This document shows, piece by piece, positions 1 to 10,614 of a stretch of 64,000 nucleotides of DNA. Position 1 is the first letter of the stretch, and each line of letters begins with the position of its first letter. The notes under the pieces were generated by a model. It had not been told where the DNA came from and made no database searches. It was given only the letters and a program-made list of their open reading frames with translations. This DNA is from a virus. Lineage: Duplodnaviria > Caudoviricetes. The translations under genes and the position numbers were made by a program. The stretch is taken from IMG/VR virus record IMGVR_UViG_3300029305_005547, positions 214,850-278,849 of that record, one strand, 5' to 3'.

Positions 1-47
1 TTAGCATTTATCCTCTGGAACAGGGAACGAAAATAATTTTTCATCAT

Positions 48-2753
48 ATGACTGCAAAGGATTTATACAACGTATATGAATCTCAGAAATTTCATGATGT
101 TTGTATTATGTGTATCCCTAACGTAGTTATCAAATTTATATCTATGACTAAGGATGATGCATTAAAAGGGATCATTCCTTTGGAGGATCCCAATAATCTC
201 AAAGTTGGAACTTATTTCGTATCATTTAAAAATGAAAAGAATTCAACTAACCTTATTCCAACTAAGGTAGAAGAAAATACCATCGTTGCAAAAATTAACA
301 AAAATGCAACAAAAATTATCAATGATTCACAGGGAAATATTGAGGTTGCGATCATATTTTTCCAAGATTTAAGAAAGTATGACTTTACTCTTTCTGCTGA
401 TGGAACTGTACCTACAGTTAAAAGAGTTTATGTCACAGAAGAAACTTATGAAGAAAGACCTGAATCTAAGTTGTTTATTCCTATTTTAGATGGCTCAGTT
501 CTTCCTATGCCTGTACCGGAAGAAAATGTATTGATTCTCAAATCAATATATGAAGGTACGTCAATCGATAGGTATGAACAAGCATATGAATGTACAACTA
601 AATTATATTATCCTAATATTTATCAGATAGATGATAAGAATCATAAGATCGAAGATAGATATGAGGTATATTACTTTTACAAACATAATGAAAATATGAG
701 GTATACACCTCTATTTGATTTTTATTATGATTATCTTAGATCTCGTTTTAATAATAAACTTTCCTTAGAAGAAGTCCTTAATAAGATATATTTTAAGGAA
801 ATTGGTTATAATGTAAACGAGACTATAGATGAAAACGAATCTGATCCGGATGTATTTAGACTTCGTGTTCTTGAAAACGAATATTTGGAAGCATTTTATA
901 CCGTATTTGAAAAAATGCTTAATTATCAAGATTACAAATATAAGTATGGTACTCCTGATTTTATTTGCGATTACCAGGGAGATGAAATTCCTCTTCAGTA
1001 TAAAATTGCTAGAATGATGGAATTTATACGAGCTGATTGGAACGTTCTTCCGGAATATGTCATTAAACAAAGAAGAAAAGAAACTCTTTTTCATTTCTTC
1101 ACCAATACTATCAATTTGTCTGGACGTATAAGAAGATCTACACGTCTTGAAGACAGAGAAAATGATATTATATCATTTGCATCTTCTGCTAATATAACTG
1201 ATGATTCAAATCCAAATGCATATATTGTAACGGATTCGAAATCATATGACATCAACAACGAAGTATATATTGATGATATTAAATTATTAATTCCTTCAGT
1301 TAAGGTTGGGGATTTTGTAGAATTCACTGATCTTACTGATAGATATGTATTTGCATTCAAAAATCCTGGTAAAGATTATTTAGCATTAAAAATCTTTATC
1401 GATGGAATCTTATGTACTGATGTCATAACTATAAATAGTCTTGGAACGGATTATTTATATTTACCTACAAATATGGTAAATGAAAATAGTTATATCATGA
1501 TGGAACTTGAATGGACAACGGAAGATCCTCAGGTAGAAACACTTAAATTTGAGTCTTCTGACGATATTCATGTTATTCATTTAGTTGATGTCGATCATGT
1601 TGAATATACTATGAGTGATATTGTACTTAAAGTGAATGGAATTACAGTTCCTGAAACTGAATACACGATGTTACTTAGAAGAAATGATGTCGATTATTCA
1701 ATGGAAGATGAAAACCATAATATTGTGAATAAATATGGTATCGTAACTGATGTTTCAATACAGTTTACAAATACAACAAGAACTTTCCCTATAAATGTAG
1801 ATGTGCAAGTAAACAAAACGTCATTCGTTTCTGCAGGTGTTGCACATAGAAATGGGTATCCACGATTTGATTTATCTGAACTTAAATTAAATCCTGAGGT
1901 TTCATATGCAAGAATGTATTACAATGGAAGAATAACACCAAGTAATACATTTAGGGTAGTAGATTCACAAGGAAGATCCTATGTACAATCAAGGGTATTT
2001 TGTAAAAAAGGAGATCAATACATGTTTGAATTTTCTCCATATACAAAAGAACTTATTTGCACTATGGAAGAGTTCGATCCAGATGCAATCATAGACTTCT
2101 CTGAATATATTGATAAACCTTTGAGACCTGAATATTACGAAGTATATGTAAATGGTAGAAGACTTGGTCTTCCTAACTTATTTGCATTTGGACCTACGAA
2201 ATCTGTGTTTAGAGGTCTTAAAAGTAAGTATTTACTTACTATTTACGAAAAAGAAAGAGACTTTGAATATTTCGGTTATTCAAAATCCGTTGGCGATGAC
2301 AAATACTTCTATTTGGCAACAGATCTTACAAATGAGATCTTTTTAAGTCCTAAGGAAGTTGATGTTATTATCGATAAATATATAGAATCAATTAAAAATG
2401 AAAATGCTATCATACTTCCAAATGAACCTACTGAGGAAACAATCATATTTGATGTTGAATATGGTTTAATTGAAGAAATGAAAATCTTTTTCTTTGAAGA
2501 GTTGTTACCTCTTGGTCTTGGAAACCCTGATACATTACAATTTAATAAGGCTTACTTCTCTGAAGTTTTCCCTGATTTTACTAAAGAATTCATGATTGAA
2601 TCGGATGATGGTGAATCTCAAGTTATTTATTTAGATCCAGATGTTACTGCTAGAATCTATGATAGATACAAAAATATATATGAGATAATTGACACTGCAG
2701 ACGCTGATCCTGAAAAATCTTTTGTAATGTTAACGGGAGAAGCTGGTGTATAA
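48..2753 (+). CDS. Large putative virion structural protein (901 aa; may extend upstream of the window)
   Basis: Long acidic, beta-rich ORF at the head of a + strand cluster. No catalytic motif recognised; the structural role is inferred from context. Confidence 0.5.
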   Translation: MTAKDLYNVYESQKFHDVCIMCIPNVVIKFISMTKDDALKGIIPLEDPNNLKVGTYFVSFKNEKNSTNLIPTKVEENTIVAKINKNATKIINDSQGNIEVAIIFFQDLRKYDFTLSADGTVPTVKRVYVTEETYEERPESKLFIPILDGSVLPMPVPEENVLILKSIYEGTSIDRYEQAYECTTKLYYPNIYQIDDKNHKIEDRYEVYYFYKHNENMRYTPLFDFYYDYLRSRFNNKLSLEEVLNKIYFKEIGYNVNETIDENESDPDVFRLRVLENEYLEAFYTVFEKMLNYQDYKYKYGTPDFICDYQGDEIPLQYKIARMMEFIRADWNVLPEYVIKQRRKETLFHFFTNTINLSGRIRRSTRLEDRENDIISFASSANITDDSNPNAYIVTDSKSYDINNEVYIDDIKLLIPSVKVGDFVEFTDLTDRYVFAFKNPGKDYLALKIFIDGILCTDVITINSLGTDYLYLPTNMVNENSYIMMELEWTTEDPQVETLKFESSDDIHVIHLVDVDHVEYTMSDIVLKVNGITVPETEYTMLLRRNDVDYSMEDENHNIVNKYGIVTDVSIQFTNTTRTFPINVDVQVNKTSFVSAGVAHRNGYPRFDLSELKLNPEVSYARMYYNGRITPSNTFRVVDSQGRSYVQSRVFCKKGDQYMFEFSPYTKELICTMEEFDPDAIIDFSEYIDKPLRPEYYEVYVNGRRLGLPNLFAFGPTKSVFRGLKSKYLLTIYEKERDFEYFGYSKSVGDDKYFYLATDLTNEIFLSPKEVDVIIDKYIESIKNENAIILPNEPTEETIIFDVEYGLIEEMKIFFFEELLPLGLGNPDTLQFNKAYFSEVFPDFTKEFMIESDDGESQVIYLDPDVTARIYDRYKNIYEIIDTADADPEKSFVMLTGEAGV

Positions 2754-2776
2754 CTTAAGAAAGGAAGAGAAGAAAC

Positions 2777-4024
2777 ATGGCAAATCAAACATACGATGCA
2801 GATGTTAGATATGGTTCTAGTTTTCTAAGCATCGACAAAAATAAACAAAGTGTGTCTGGAGAAATAATGACTGATAAACTTACGGGTGAGGTTTATATTA
2901 AAAGACCTCACGATGGAAAGATAATCAGTTTCCGCCAGAAATCACATAGTGTATATGAAGCTATCCAAGAATTCAATATTCAGTTCCAGTCATCTATCGG
3001 ATTCACATATCCTGAAGATCCTGGTTCATATCTTCTTGGAACAAAAGTAGATGTTGATGAGTTCGTCTCTATTGAAGAGAAAACTGACATTTTATTGAAG
3101 AATCATGAATTCAGTAAAAACTACGGTGATAAAAAAGATTTCCGGTTTGAAGTTTCAGGTAAGACTAATGGTTTTTATATCAAACCTATTACACGTCTCG
3201 GTGACAGAACTGTTAATGGATATCTTACTGGTCAGTTTGCTGAACATGAATATGTTAATTTTGGTACTACAGTAAGAACCTTTACTGAATGGCTTGATAT
3301 TTCCACTCTTTATTCGTCACCATATCTTTATACTGAATGGAGAGATGAAGAAAAATGGGCAGCATCAAATGCTATTGTTGATTGTACTATTACAGTCACA
3401 GGTTCTGATGCTAATGGAAATTCAGTAACGAATGTTAAAGACATTACAACTGTTATTCAGCTTGATGAATTTAACTTTGTCCATTTTCCTGATGATTATG
3501 ATGAGGAAATGGAACACATTACAACTATAAATGTAGTTGTTACAAAAATTTATGCACCTAAGTTGCAGTATGAAAGATATCTTGCAAATGACAGTAATGC
3601 AACATCTGGAATCAATCCAATCGTAGATAGGATGATGGAAGCTGATGATAGAGTAGTTTTACAGTCAGTTGATTTGTTTTATTTTATTTCTGGAGCATCT
3701 CAACTTCCTACAAATGAAAACACTTTAATCAATCATTGTTATGATGTTGAATTCCTTGACCAAGCTATTGTATACTTGTCTACAGCAAGTGGTGCAAGAT
3801 CAATTCAGTCGCAGGTTGAAGAACCTTCAGCGTGGCCTGTAGATACTATATGGGCAGAAGAAATTCGTGACATTCAGTATGGAGGTGCTGTGAAAGAAAC
3901 TGCGTCTGTAAATAAGTTTTCTGATCTTGAAAGAGCATTGTATCAGGATACATCCGACAACGTTGAATATACGGATCAGTTAGCTAATGCTGAAAACCTT
4001 CTGGTTATTGGCAGAAATTTGTAA
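2777..4024 (+). CDS. Putative virion structural protein (415 aa)
   Basis: AAAGGAAG RBS; co-oriented directly after 48..2753. Confidence 0.5.
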   Translation: MANQTYDADVRYGSSFLSIDKNKQSVSGEIMTDKLTGEVYIKRPHDGKIISFRQKSHSVYEAIQEFNIQFQSSIGFTYPEDPGSYLLGTKVDVDEFVSIEEKTDILLKNHEFSKNYGDKKDFRFEVSGKTNGFYIKPITRLGDRTVNGYLTGQFAEHEYVNFGTTVRTFTEWLDISTLYSSPYLYTEWRDEEKWAASNAIVDCTITVTGSDANGNSVTNVKDITTVIQLDEFNFVHFPDDYDEEMEHITTINVVVTKIYAPKLQYERYLANDSNATSGINPIVDRMMEADDRVVLQSVDLFYFISGASQLPTNENTLINHCYDVEFLDQAIVYLSTASGARSIQSQVEEPSAWPVDTIWAEEIRDIQYGGAVKETASVNKFSDLERALYQDTSDNVEYTDQLANAENLLVIGRNL

Positions 4025-4042
4025 GAAAGGATGGTAATATAA

Positions 4043-4258
4043 ATGGCTACATTATTAACTCCATCTAAATCATTATACATCGATAACTGTCAGTGTCTTC
4101 ATATGAACGATAAAGTAATTGGAGAGCACCCTGCAGGATTTGATGAATATCCTCAACACTTCTTATTTGAAGTACTTGATGAAACGAGGGTTGATACTGA
4201 GGTTCCAAGTAATAATAATCCTCTGTCTATCAATTTGACTGGAAATATGAAGAATTAA
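4043..4258 (+). CDS. Hypothetical protein (71 aa)
   Basis: AAAGGA RBS and tight operon spacing. Confidence 0.65.
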   Translation: MATLLTPSKSLYIDNCQCLHMNDKVIGEHPAGFDEYPQHFLFEVLDETRVDTEVPSNNNPLSINLTGNMKN

Positions 4259-4276
4259 AGGAAGGAGAATAAGATT

Positions 4277-4510
4277 ATGTTTCCACATCCAAAAGATGTA
4301 ATTTTACATGTAAAAAATAAAATCGCTGGTATTGGTACAGTTAAAAAGACAATTTACCCTGTTACAAGATGGGAAAATGTTTTAGGCGCACCAAGACTTT
4401 TAGATCAGTCATCTTTGGAAGATGCGTTCCCTTCCGAATATGCAATTTATGATTATAGAGACATCTCTATTTCTGATGAGGAATATGAAGCTTGTTTCGG
4501 AGAATTATAA
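4277..4510 (+). CDS. Hypothetical protein, possible tail-fibre-associated (77 aa)
   Basis: AAGGAG RBS. The IYPVTRWENV motif resembles LYPVVRDVDV at the N-terminus of the 27435 tail fibre. Confidence 0.6.
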   Translation: MFPHPKDVILHVKNKIAGIGTVKKTIYPVTRWENVLGAPRLLDQSSLEDAFPSEYAIYDYRDISISDEEYEACFGEL

Positions 4511-4514
4511 AAAA

Positions 4515-4544
4515 TAAGGGTAATCCAATTACGGATTACCCTTA
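4515..4544. terminator. Bidirectional intrinsic terminator
   Basis: 12-bp inverted repeat TAAGGGTAATCC/GGATTACCCTTA between convergent genes. Confidence 0.8.
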
Positions 4545-4547
4545 AAT

Positions 4548-4811
4548 TTATTTCATCATAATACCTGCTTTAAGTAATGCATCCTGCATTGGTACAACAC
4601 ATCTTAATGCTTTCGTGCATGATTGTTCGGTCGCAGCTACAGCCCGTTCAATATTATCAAGTCGGTCACTTACTTCTTTTTCATGTTTGTTCTCCTTCAC
4701 AAGAGCAACAGTTCCAATGGTTACTCCAGCTACACCGGTTACAACACCTGTACCTGCAACTACCATCATTTCAGTTTTCATCTTTTTCATTTTTCTTTTT
4801 GTTACAATCAT
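4548..4811 (-). CDS. Small membrane protein (87 aa)
   Basis: GGAGG RBS; basic N-terminus, one Gly/Val-rich TM helix, short coiled coil; TATATTAT promoter motif at 4883-4892. Confidence 0.65.
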   Translation of the reverse strand: MIVTKRKMKKMKTEMMVVAGTGVVTGVAGVTIGTVALVKENKHEKEVSDRLDNIERAVAATEQSCTKALRCVVPMQDALLKAGIMMK

Positions 4812-5038
4812 TTTTTGTTTCCTCCATTTATTATTTTTAATTACAAGTAGGCATTGAACTCTTTTGTAATTATTCTAATATAATAATATATCATTGAAAT
4901 TTTTAAATATTTATGCGGGGTTTAACAAAAAAAATAAGAGAGTGGTACCAGGTGTTCCACTCTCTTATAGTTTATCGTAAATAACTATAAATACCAACCT
5001 GGACTAAGTATTATAGTAAATCAGGTTTGATGTGTATG

Positions 5039-5242
5039 TTATAAACCTAATTCGTTTCGTTTGGCTTCAAGAGCTTTTAAACGAAGAGACATTAGGTATG
5101 TAACTGAATTTGGATCTTTCGACCAAGTAATTAATACTTGTTCGTCAGACACAAATCCAAGATTGATAGCTGCATACCACAAAGCAGCTATCAATCTGTC
5201 TGCGTAACTCATACAAATAACCTCACTTTCATTTATATTCAC
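5039..5242 (-). CDS. Hypothetical protein (likely start MSYAD)
   Basis: GAGG RBS before the internal ATG; promoter-like motif at 5247-5256. Confidence 0.5.
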   Translation of the reverse strand: MNINESEVICMSYADRLIAALWYAAINLGFVSDEQVLITWSKDPNSVTYLMSLRLKALEAKRNELGL

Positions 5243-5379
5243 TAATATGATATATAAATGAAATAAGTGACTTTTACATCCTTTTGTTCAAATTTATATT
5301 TACGGATAGAGCACCAGTTATCCTTTCTATTTCTAACATTTATCTAATGATATTATTAAATGGAAAGGACGATGATCAA

Positions 5380-6087
5380 ATGGAAACACTACCAGAAAAC
5401 ACAGTAGATAAAGTTCTGGAAAAAATGATGGAAAGTCCAATTGGATTTATCATAGTATGTATCATTGTCGTTATAATTGCACTTTTACCATTTTGGAAAT
5501 GGTTATATAGTGTATATAAAGACTGGAAAGATAAACGTGATGCAAAACGTGAAAAGGAACTAAAAGAGGCTAAAGAATTGCAAGATAGTATCAAACAAAT
5601 TGCAAAGCATCTTCCTGAGCTTGATCAGCAAGTTCTTTCTCTTTCAAATGAAGTTTCTTCGTTTAGAGATTTAAAAGATGAATGGATTGATACGACTAGA
5701 TCACTACATAATACTGTGGTTGAAATGAAAGCAGATATATCTTCTTTAGCAAATAAATCACAACATGATGATGATGAACTTGCTGAAAGACTCAAGGAAA
5801 CACAAGAAATAGTTAGTGATATGAGACAATCAACCAAAAAAATTGAAACTGATATGGGTGTTCTCTTTGAAGGAGAGAACAACGAGTTTCGCATTTATTT
5901 GACACAACTCCATGAACGACATATCACAAAAGGTGAACCGATGACTCGTGAAATAAGACAACGTCTGAGGATCAAATTTGAAAGTTATGAAAAACGTGGA
6001 GGAAATGGATGGGCAAAAGAATTATATTTAGATTTGATGAGTCTACCTATAGAGTCTTATGTGTTGCCAGATGACAACAATAATTAA
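5380..6087 (+). CDS. Membrane-anchored coiled-coil protein, holin-associated type
   Basis: Start revised to ATG 5380 (AAAGGA RBS). N-terminal TM helix, coiled coil, and a C-terminal YxxxGGNGxxxxxY...LP motif common in Firmicute phage lysis-region proteins. AACA-N6-TA at 5335-5346. Confidence 0.6.
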   Translation: METLPENTVDKVLEKMMESPIGFIIVCIIVVIIALLPFWKWLYSVYKDWKDKRDAKREKELKEAKELQDSIKQIAKHLPELDQQVLSLSNEVSSFRDLKDEWIDTTRSLHNTVVEMKADISSLANKSQHDDDELAERLKETQEIVSDMRQSTKKIETDMGVLFEGENNEFRIYLTQLHERHITKGEPMTREIRQRLRIKFESYEKRGGNGWAKELYLDLMSLPIESYVLPDDNNN

Positions 6088-6125
6088 AAAAGAACCTAAC
6101 GCTTATTTCGTCGTTAGGTTCTTTT
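6088..6125. terminator. Bidirectional intrinsic terminator
   Basis: AAAAGAACCTAACG...CGTTAGGTTCTTTT between convergent genes. Confidence 0.8.
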
Positions 6126-6128
6126 ATT

Positions 6129-6689
6129 TTACAGCTTACACTCAATAAGTATAGATTCAGTTAAAACTCCATTATTTTCTTCAGAGAGTTTATCAAGTTT
6201 CTCAAGATCAAACTCTTCTTTCTGAAATTTAAACTGAATCCATGTTGGTTCGAATTCTCTGTAATCTAACCATGATTTAGGGTTTTCGTTACCAAGAACT
6301 TTCTTAACCATTTCAAGAAGTCTTTCACCTGCAGCTTTAGATTTAACAAAGCCTGATAGATCATATCCAATACCTCTTGATTTCCAATATTCACCTTCTT
6401 CAGGTCTGGGATCTGGTTGAACCCATGGATGCCAAGGAATTCCTTTTCTAGGATGCTCTTGTAATTCAGGATATTCGAATATAATTTTACCTTCTTTATC
6501 TTTCATATCTGTGCCAAACCCTATTGATGATTTTTTCACTCCATTGGCTAATAAACAAAATGTAGTTCCGCATTCTCTACAGGTTCTAGTCCCACAACCT
6601 CCACCAGAAACAGGTCCACCATAAGATGAATCACAACCACAATTCACACAACCAAATTTTAAATAATCATTCCATGAAATAGCTATCAT
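6129..6689 (-). CDS. Zn-ribbon-containing hypothetical protein
   Basis: CxxC (CVNC) ... CxxC (CREC) motifs; translationally coupled to the upstream gene. Confidence 0.65.
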   Translation of the reverse strand: MIAISWNDYLKFGCVNCGCDSSYGGPVSGGGCGTRTCRECGTTFCLLANGVKKSSIGFGTDMKDKEGKIIFEYPELQEHPRKGIPWHPWVQPDPRPEEGEYWKSRGIGYDLSGFVKSKAAGERLLEMVKKVLGNENPKSWLDYREFEPTWIQFKFQKEEFDLEKLDKLSEENNGVLTESILIECKL

Positions 6690-7042
6690 TTTTCATTCCC
6701 TCTCTTAAATCTTCTACATGCTCTTTCACCATTAACTTTTTTGCATTTCCGAACACAATTATCACAATTAACATGGCAATTTAATTTAGATCCGTACATA
6801 CACGTACAATCAATATTGTTATGATCACACCCTCTAGCATAACACTTAATATCTGTAAGTAATCTTCGCATAGTAGGATTCTTTGAAATTATAATCATTC
6901 CAGATGTTTTATTTGGATCACAAGTATACCATTTACCTTTCTCATAGAACATGCTTTTATCACATTCCTCACATCTACCTGAGCATCTATGATGAGGAAG
7001 TTTACCACTCATAATACCGACCTCCTTAGTATTTAACACCAA
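6686..7042 (-). CDS. Cys-rich hypothetical protein
   Basis: Multiple Cys clusters; GGAGG RBS before MSGKLP. Confidence 0.6.
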   Translation of the reverse strand: MVLNTKEVGIMSGKLPHHRCSGRCEECDKSMFYEKGKWYTCDPNKTSGMIIISKNPTMRRLLTDIKCYARGCDHNNIDCTCMYGSKLNCHVNCDNCVRKCKKVNGERACRRFKRGNEK

Positions 7043-7391
7043 ACATAGTCTCTACCATATTAATAATTGCAGGATTATGTTTTCTATGGTATTCTCTAAT
7101 TTGTTCTTCGTATTTAGCATATTCATCTTTATCTTCATCCGGGATTTTCCAGCTATTACTATACTGGCATTTTTCTTCATGGCATAAAACACAGCTATAA
7201 TTCATTATAGGACTTCCATCTTCTTTATATCCTAAGATGTAATTACAAGGTTTTCCATCTTTCATAGGAGGATACAATTTATCCCATTTCTCTTTTAACG
7301 GATTTACAGGAAAATCAGAAGTGTCAGTTCCATCTTCATTTATCACTGTTTTAACGCATGCTTCTTTTTCCATGTTAGTTCTCCTTCTCAA
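7026..7391 (-). CDS. Hypothetical protein (likely start MEKEAC)
   Basis: AAGGAG RBS; operonic overlap. Confidence 0.6.
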   Translation of the reverse strand: MRRRTNMEKEACVKTVINEDGTDTSDFPVNPLKEKWDKLYPPMKDGKPCNYILGYKEDGSPIMNYSCVLCHEEKCQYSNSWKIPDEDKDEYAKYEEQIREYHRKHNPAIINMVETMFGVKY

Positions 7392-7848
7392 AAGCTTCAG
7401 GCGCTTCCTGATATGCTAAAATTACATAAGACTCATTGATGTCTAATGTTTCATCGATACAGAAACCTGTATCATGATAATCTAAAAACTCTATTGTTTT
7501 ATAGCTATCTGATATTTCGCCATTATCAGTTTCAGTAATGAATTCAATCGTTAAAATATAAGTCTTCTCTGGAACAAAAGGATTTTCAGACTCCGGATTA
7601 AATTTAATCCAATCACCGTTATCTTCTTTACTTTCATCATAAATTTCAGGAAGTTCATCCCATGCAATAACACGATATTCATCGCTTTCGGATGATGTTT
7701 TCCAAATAAAATTTCCATCACGAGTTTCTTCATAAATATCCTTACTTACAAAATTAGGTTCCATTAAAAGAGAACCGTCAAATGTTACGGTATACCATTT
7801 TTCAGGAATAGGATTTTCAATTGAAGCGTCTTTCCAATTAGATTTCAT
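7375..7848 (-). CDS. Acidic hypothetical protein with two DUF551-like W...P...AW repeats
   Basis: Internal duplication: WKDASIENP...VIAWDELPE and WIKFNPESENP...ILAYQEAPE. Confidence 0.55.
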   Translation of the reverse strand: MKSNWKDASIENPIPEKWYTVTFDGSLLMEPNFVSKDIYEETRDGNFIWKTSSESDEYRVIAWDELPEIYDESKEDNGDWIKFNPESENPFVPEKTYILTIEFITETDNGEISDSYKTIEFLDYHDTGFCIDETLDINESYVILAYQEAPEAFEKEN

Positions 7849-7912
7849 TTTTTTAATCTCCTTTACGAAAATAATATAAGACTAGGTAAATTATTTACCT
7901 AGTCTTATTAAT

Positions 7913-8725
7913 CTACATAAGTCCCTTAATCTGTTCGATTTTATCAACACATTCGCACATATATTTATATTGATCTTCATCAATTAAATACAATTTTGCA
8001 TTCTTCATAAGTAAACGATACTGATCAAGTTGTTTACCTATTGAATCTAGTGCACTATTCTGGAGTTTTTCTAATATAATTAACTCTCTTTTTAAAGTTG
8101 ATAATAATGCTCCACGAGTTTCATCATCAAGTGTTGAATCTTTGTCAGATTCCAGTTCAGCAATCTTATCAACTACCATACGATAACAAACCATTTGCGA
8201 TTCATACCATATATTACGTTTTTCGATCCCAGCTAATTGATATCTTTTAGGACCTGCTAATCCACACATATTCTTCACAAATGTGTTTAAATTATCCATA
8301 ATTCTGGAGAACTCCATAGTTCTAGGATAAACATATTTTTGTATATTTCTGTTACTGCAGTTTTCTGAGAAATTACGAGATATCACTTCACATTCAGGTG
8401 CTGAGTATGCAGGGAATGCAATCAATTTATCAGGACACATTGCCACAATATCAATCCCATTCTCGATAAGTTTATCAATTACTGCAAATGAATCAACTTC
8501 GATAATAATAAGATCTAAGTTTTCTATAGCCATATTCAAAAATTCAACATGACTTGATACTAAAGAATCGGGAATACCTCGAATGTAATGAAATAAAACA
8601 TTACAGCCTTCATCTATTAATTTATACGAATCCTGCAAATAACCTTGTAATGAACCTAAAGGACATATAACAATTTTTATTTTATTCATTTCTTTACCAT
8701 CCTTCTTTAATATTAGTAATTCCAT
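7913..8725 (-). CDS. Hypothetical protein (270 aa)
   Basis: Long ORF coupled to the helicase gene and followed by a hairpin at ~7879-7906. Confidence 0.65.
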   Translation of the reverse strand: MELLILKKDGKEMNKIKIVICPLGSLQGYLQDSYKLIDEGCNVLFHYIRGIPDSLVSSHVEFLNMAIENLDLIIIEVDSFAVIDKLIENGIDIVAMCPDKLIAFPAYSAPECEVISRNFSENCSNRNIQKYVYPRTMEFSRIMDNLNTFVKNMCGLAGPKRYQLAGIEKRNIWYESQMVCYRMVVDKIAELESDKDSTLDDETRGALLSTLKRELIILEKLQNSALDSIGKQLDQYRLLMKNAKLYLIDEDQYKYMCECVDKIEQIKGLM

Positions 8726-10184
8726 GATCTAATATTTCAATATCAGATATTTCTTTTGCAACACGTTCAAGTTCTTTTGTATGAGCAGTTTTTACTGTTT
8801 CCATAAATGGAATATTGATATCAATCAAATCATAAAAATAGGTATCATCACCTTTAAACCTATCCAATCTACCTTTTAACTGATGAGTCATTATTCTTGA
8901 TGAATGCGGCTCAATACAAATTATAGTTTGTAAATTAGGTGGATTAAATCCAGTTCCACATGATTTAATCGTTGAACTAATGATATCACAGTTCTGGTTC
9001 TTGAAATTGATTTCTTCACTATTATCGGAAAATATAGTTCCTATACTGCGAGATTTACCGACAATCTCGGACAAGAATTCTGCAATAAATGTTACAGATT
9101 CCTTCTTTGGCGTTACTATTAATATCTGTCCATCACGATCTAAGCATTCATGAAGAACAAATCGTAATGCATGAAGAACTTTCTTCTCAGGATCACACTT
9201 AAGAGCACCATCTATAAATTTATAAGATGAAAACCCATGAGCAGATTTCATTGCCATTACATATTTAAGAGGAATCTTACTCTTATATAATACTGGATGA
9301 TAATGAATCTTTTTAACATAATCCCTGTTTTCATCATTATACTTACAAGATGCACTAAGCATTAACTGAAATACTTTGTTTTCTTGTTTATTACTTCTTC
9401 CATAAGTTGCTGTGAGATAAAATGTTTTTTCAACATTAGTATTCGCATCAATTACAAAAATAGATGAAATGAATTCATGACATTCATCATATACTTTAAG
9501 TCCTATACCAGCAACTTTCATAAATTCATTTACATCTCTCCAACCATACAATTTAGCATATGATTGAATAGTTTGATGCATAACTATATACACATCGGCA
9601 TCAACTTCAGCTTCAAGAACACGTCTAATTCCATCAGTATCAACTTGCATAATTCTATCTTCTGGAATATTTGTGAATTTAGCTATTTCGGATTTCCAAT
9701 GTGATGATAAATATTCTCTATTCACAACAATAAGAGTTTTAACCCCTAACTGTGTAAATGAGTTTATAGCACAATATGTTTTACCACCAGCTGTTTCCAG
9801 ATTAAGTGTATATTGACAATATGCAATTCTGGATGCATATTTTCCAGTCGCAGTTAAAAACTCAACACTATCTGTTTGAACTTGTGATCTTGGTGGTATC
9901 AATACTTCGTATTTTTCACTCATCTTTTGTTTCGGATTAGCTTTATAATTCATCGTAGCTTTGCATCCAAAATACTCTTCGAGAGCTTCTATATTAATTC
10001 CTTTTGGAATAAATAAAACATCTTCGCGAATGAAGTATGCAACTGCTTCATATCGTCCATGTTTTTTAGTTATTTGATTCCATCTAGATAATGCTTTTTC
10101 CAATTCAAAATATTCTCCTTTTACATACGGAGAAATTTCTATATGTGTATGAAACACATCTATTCGTTTTTGCATAAGAATCAC
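8694..10184 (-). CDS. Superfamily 2 DExH helicase (UvsW/Res-like)
   Basis: Motif I variant TAGGKT, motif II DECH, motif III TAT, motif V GTGFN, motif VI QLKGRLDR. Confidence 0.85.
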   Translation of the reverse strand: MILMQKRIDVFHTHIEISPYVKGEYFELEKALSRWNQITKKHGRYEAVAYFIREDVLFIPKGINIEALEEYFGCKATMNYKANPKQKMSEKYEVLIPPRSQVQTDSVEFLTATGKYASRIAYCQYTLNLETAGGKTYCAINSFTQLGVKTLIVVNREYLSSHWKSEIAKFTNIPEDRIMQVDTDGIRRVLEAEVDADVYIVMHQTIQSYAKLYGWRDVNEFMKVAGIGLKVYDECHEFISSIFVIDANTNVEKTFYLTATYGRSNKQENKVFQLMLSASCKYNDENRDYVKKIHYHPVLYKSKIPLKYVMAMKSAHGFSSYKFIDGALKCDPEKKVLHALRFVLHECLDRDGQILIVTPKKESVTFIAEFLSEIVGKSRSIGTIFSDNSEEINFKNQNCDIISSTIKSCGTGFNPPNLQTIICIEPHSSRIMTHQLKGRLDRFKGDDTYFYDLIDINIPFMETVKTAHTKELERVAKEISDIEILDHGITNIKEGW

Positions 10185-10228
10185 CTCAAAAAAGGAACGA
10201 GTTATATTTCAAACTCGTTCCCGTGGTA

Positions 10229-10369
10229 TTAATTTGATTTAAAAGCCCTGTTAACTTTCATAGAATTAAATCCTTTGGAATTTAAATTCTTCTGGTTTCC
10301 ACCAAAGAACGAACTTTTATTCCTGGAAGGAATAGAGTTATTGGCTTTTTTCTTTTTATCTTTCGGCAT
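10229..10369 (-). CDS. Small basic protein (46 aa, MPKDKKKKANNS...), not in the ORF track
   Basis: AGGAGG RBS overlapping the upstream stop; open frame of 47 codons ending in TAA. Confidence 0.6.
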   Translation of the reverse strand: MPKDKKKKANNSIPSRNKSSFFGGNQKNLNSKGFNSMKVNRAFKSN

Positions 10370-10381
10370 GACTGCATCCTC

Positions 10382-10597
10382 CTAACACATGTAGATGAAA
10401 GCATATTTCATAATCAGGAATTTATCAGCATCAGTGAAACCTGCAAGCAACTTATCAATTGTTGCACTTTTCTCACCTTCACTACCGGGTCCGCTTAAGT
10501 GTTTAGCAATCTCCTTACCTGCTTTCTTAATGGATGCATCTTTTTCCTCTCTAATATCATCAAGAGAAGATTTAAGTTGTACAAATGATTTTGCCAT
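10382..10597 (-). CDS. Hypothetical protein (71 aa)
   Basis: AAGGAG RBS; operonic. Confidence 0.7.
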   Translation of the reverse strand: MAKSFVQLKSSLDDIREEKDASIKKAGKEIAKHLSGPGSEGEKSATIDKLLAGFTDADKFLIMKYAFIYMC

Positions 10598-10614
10598 AAG
10601 TAATCACTCCTTCT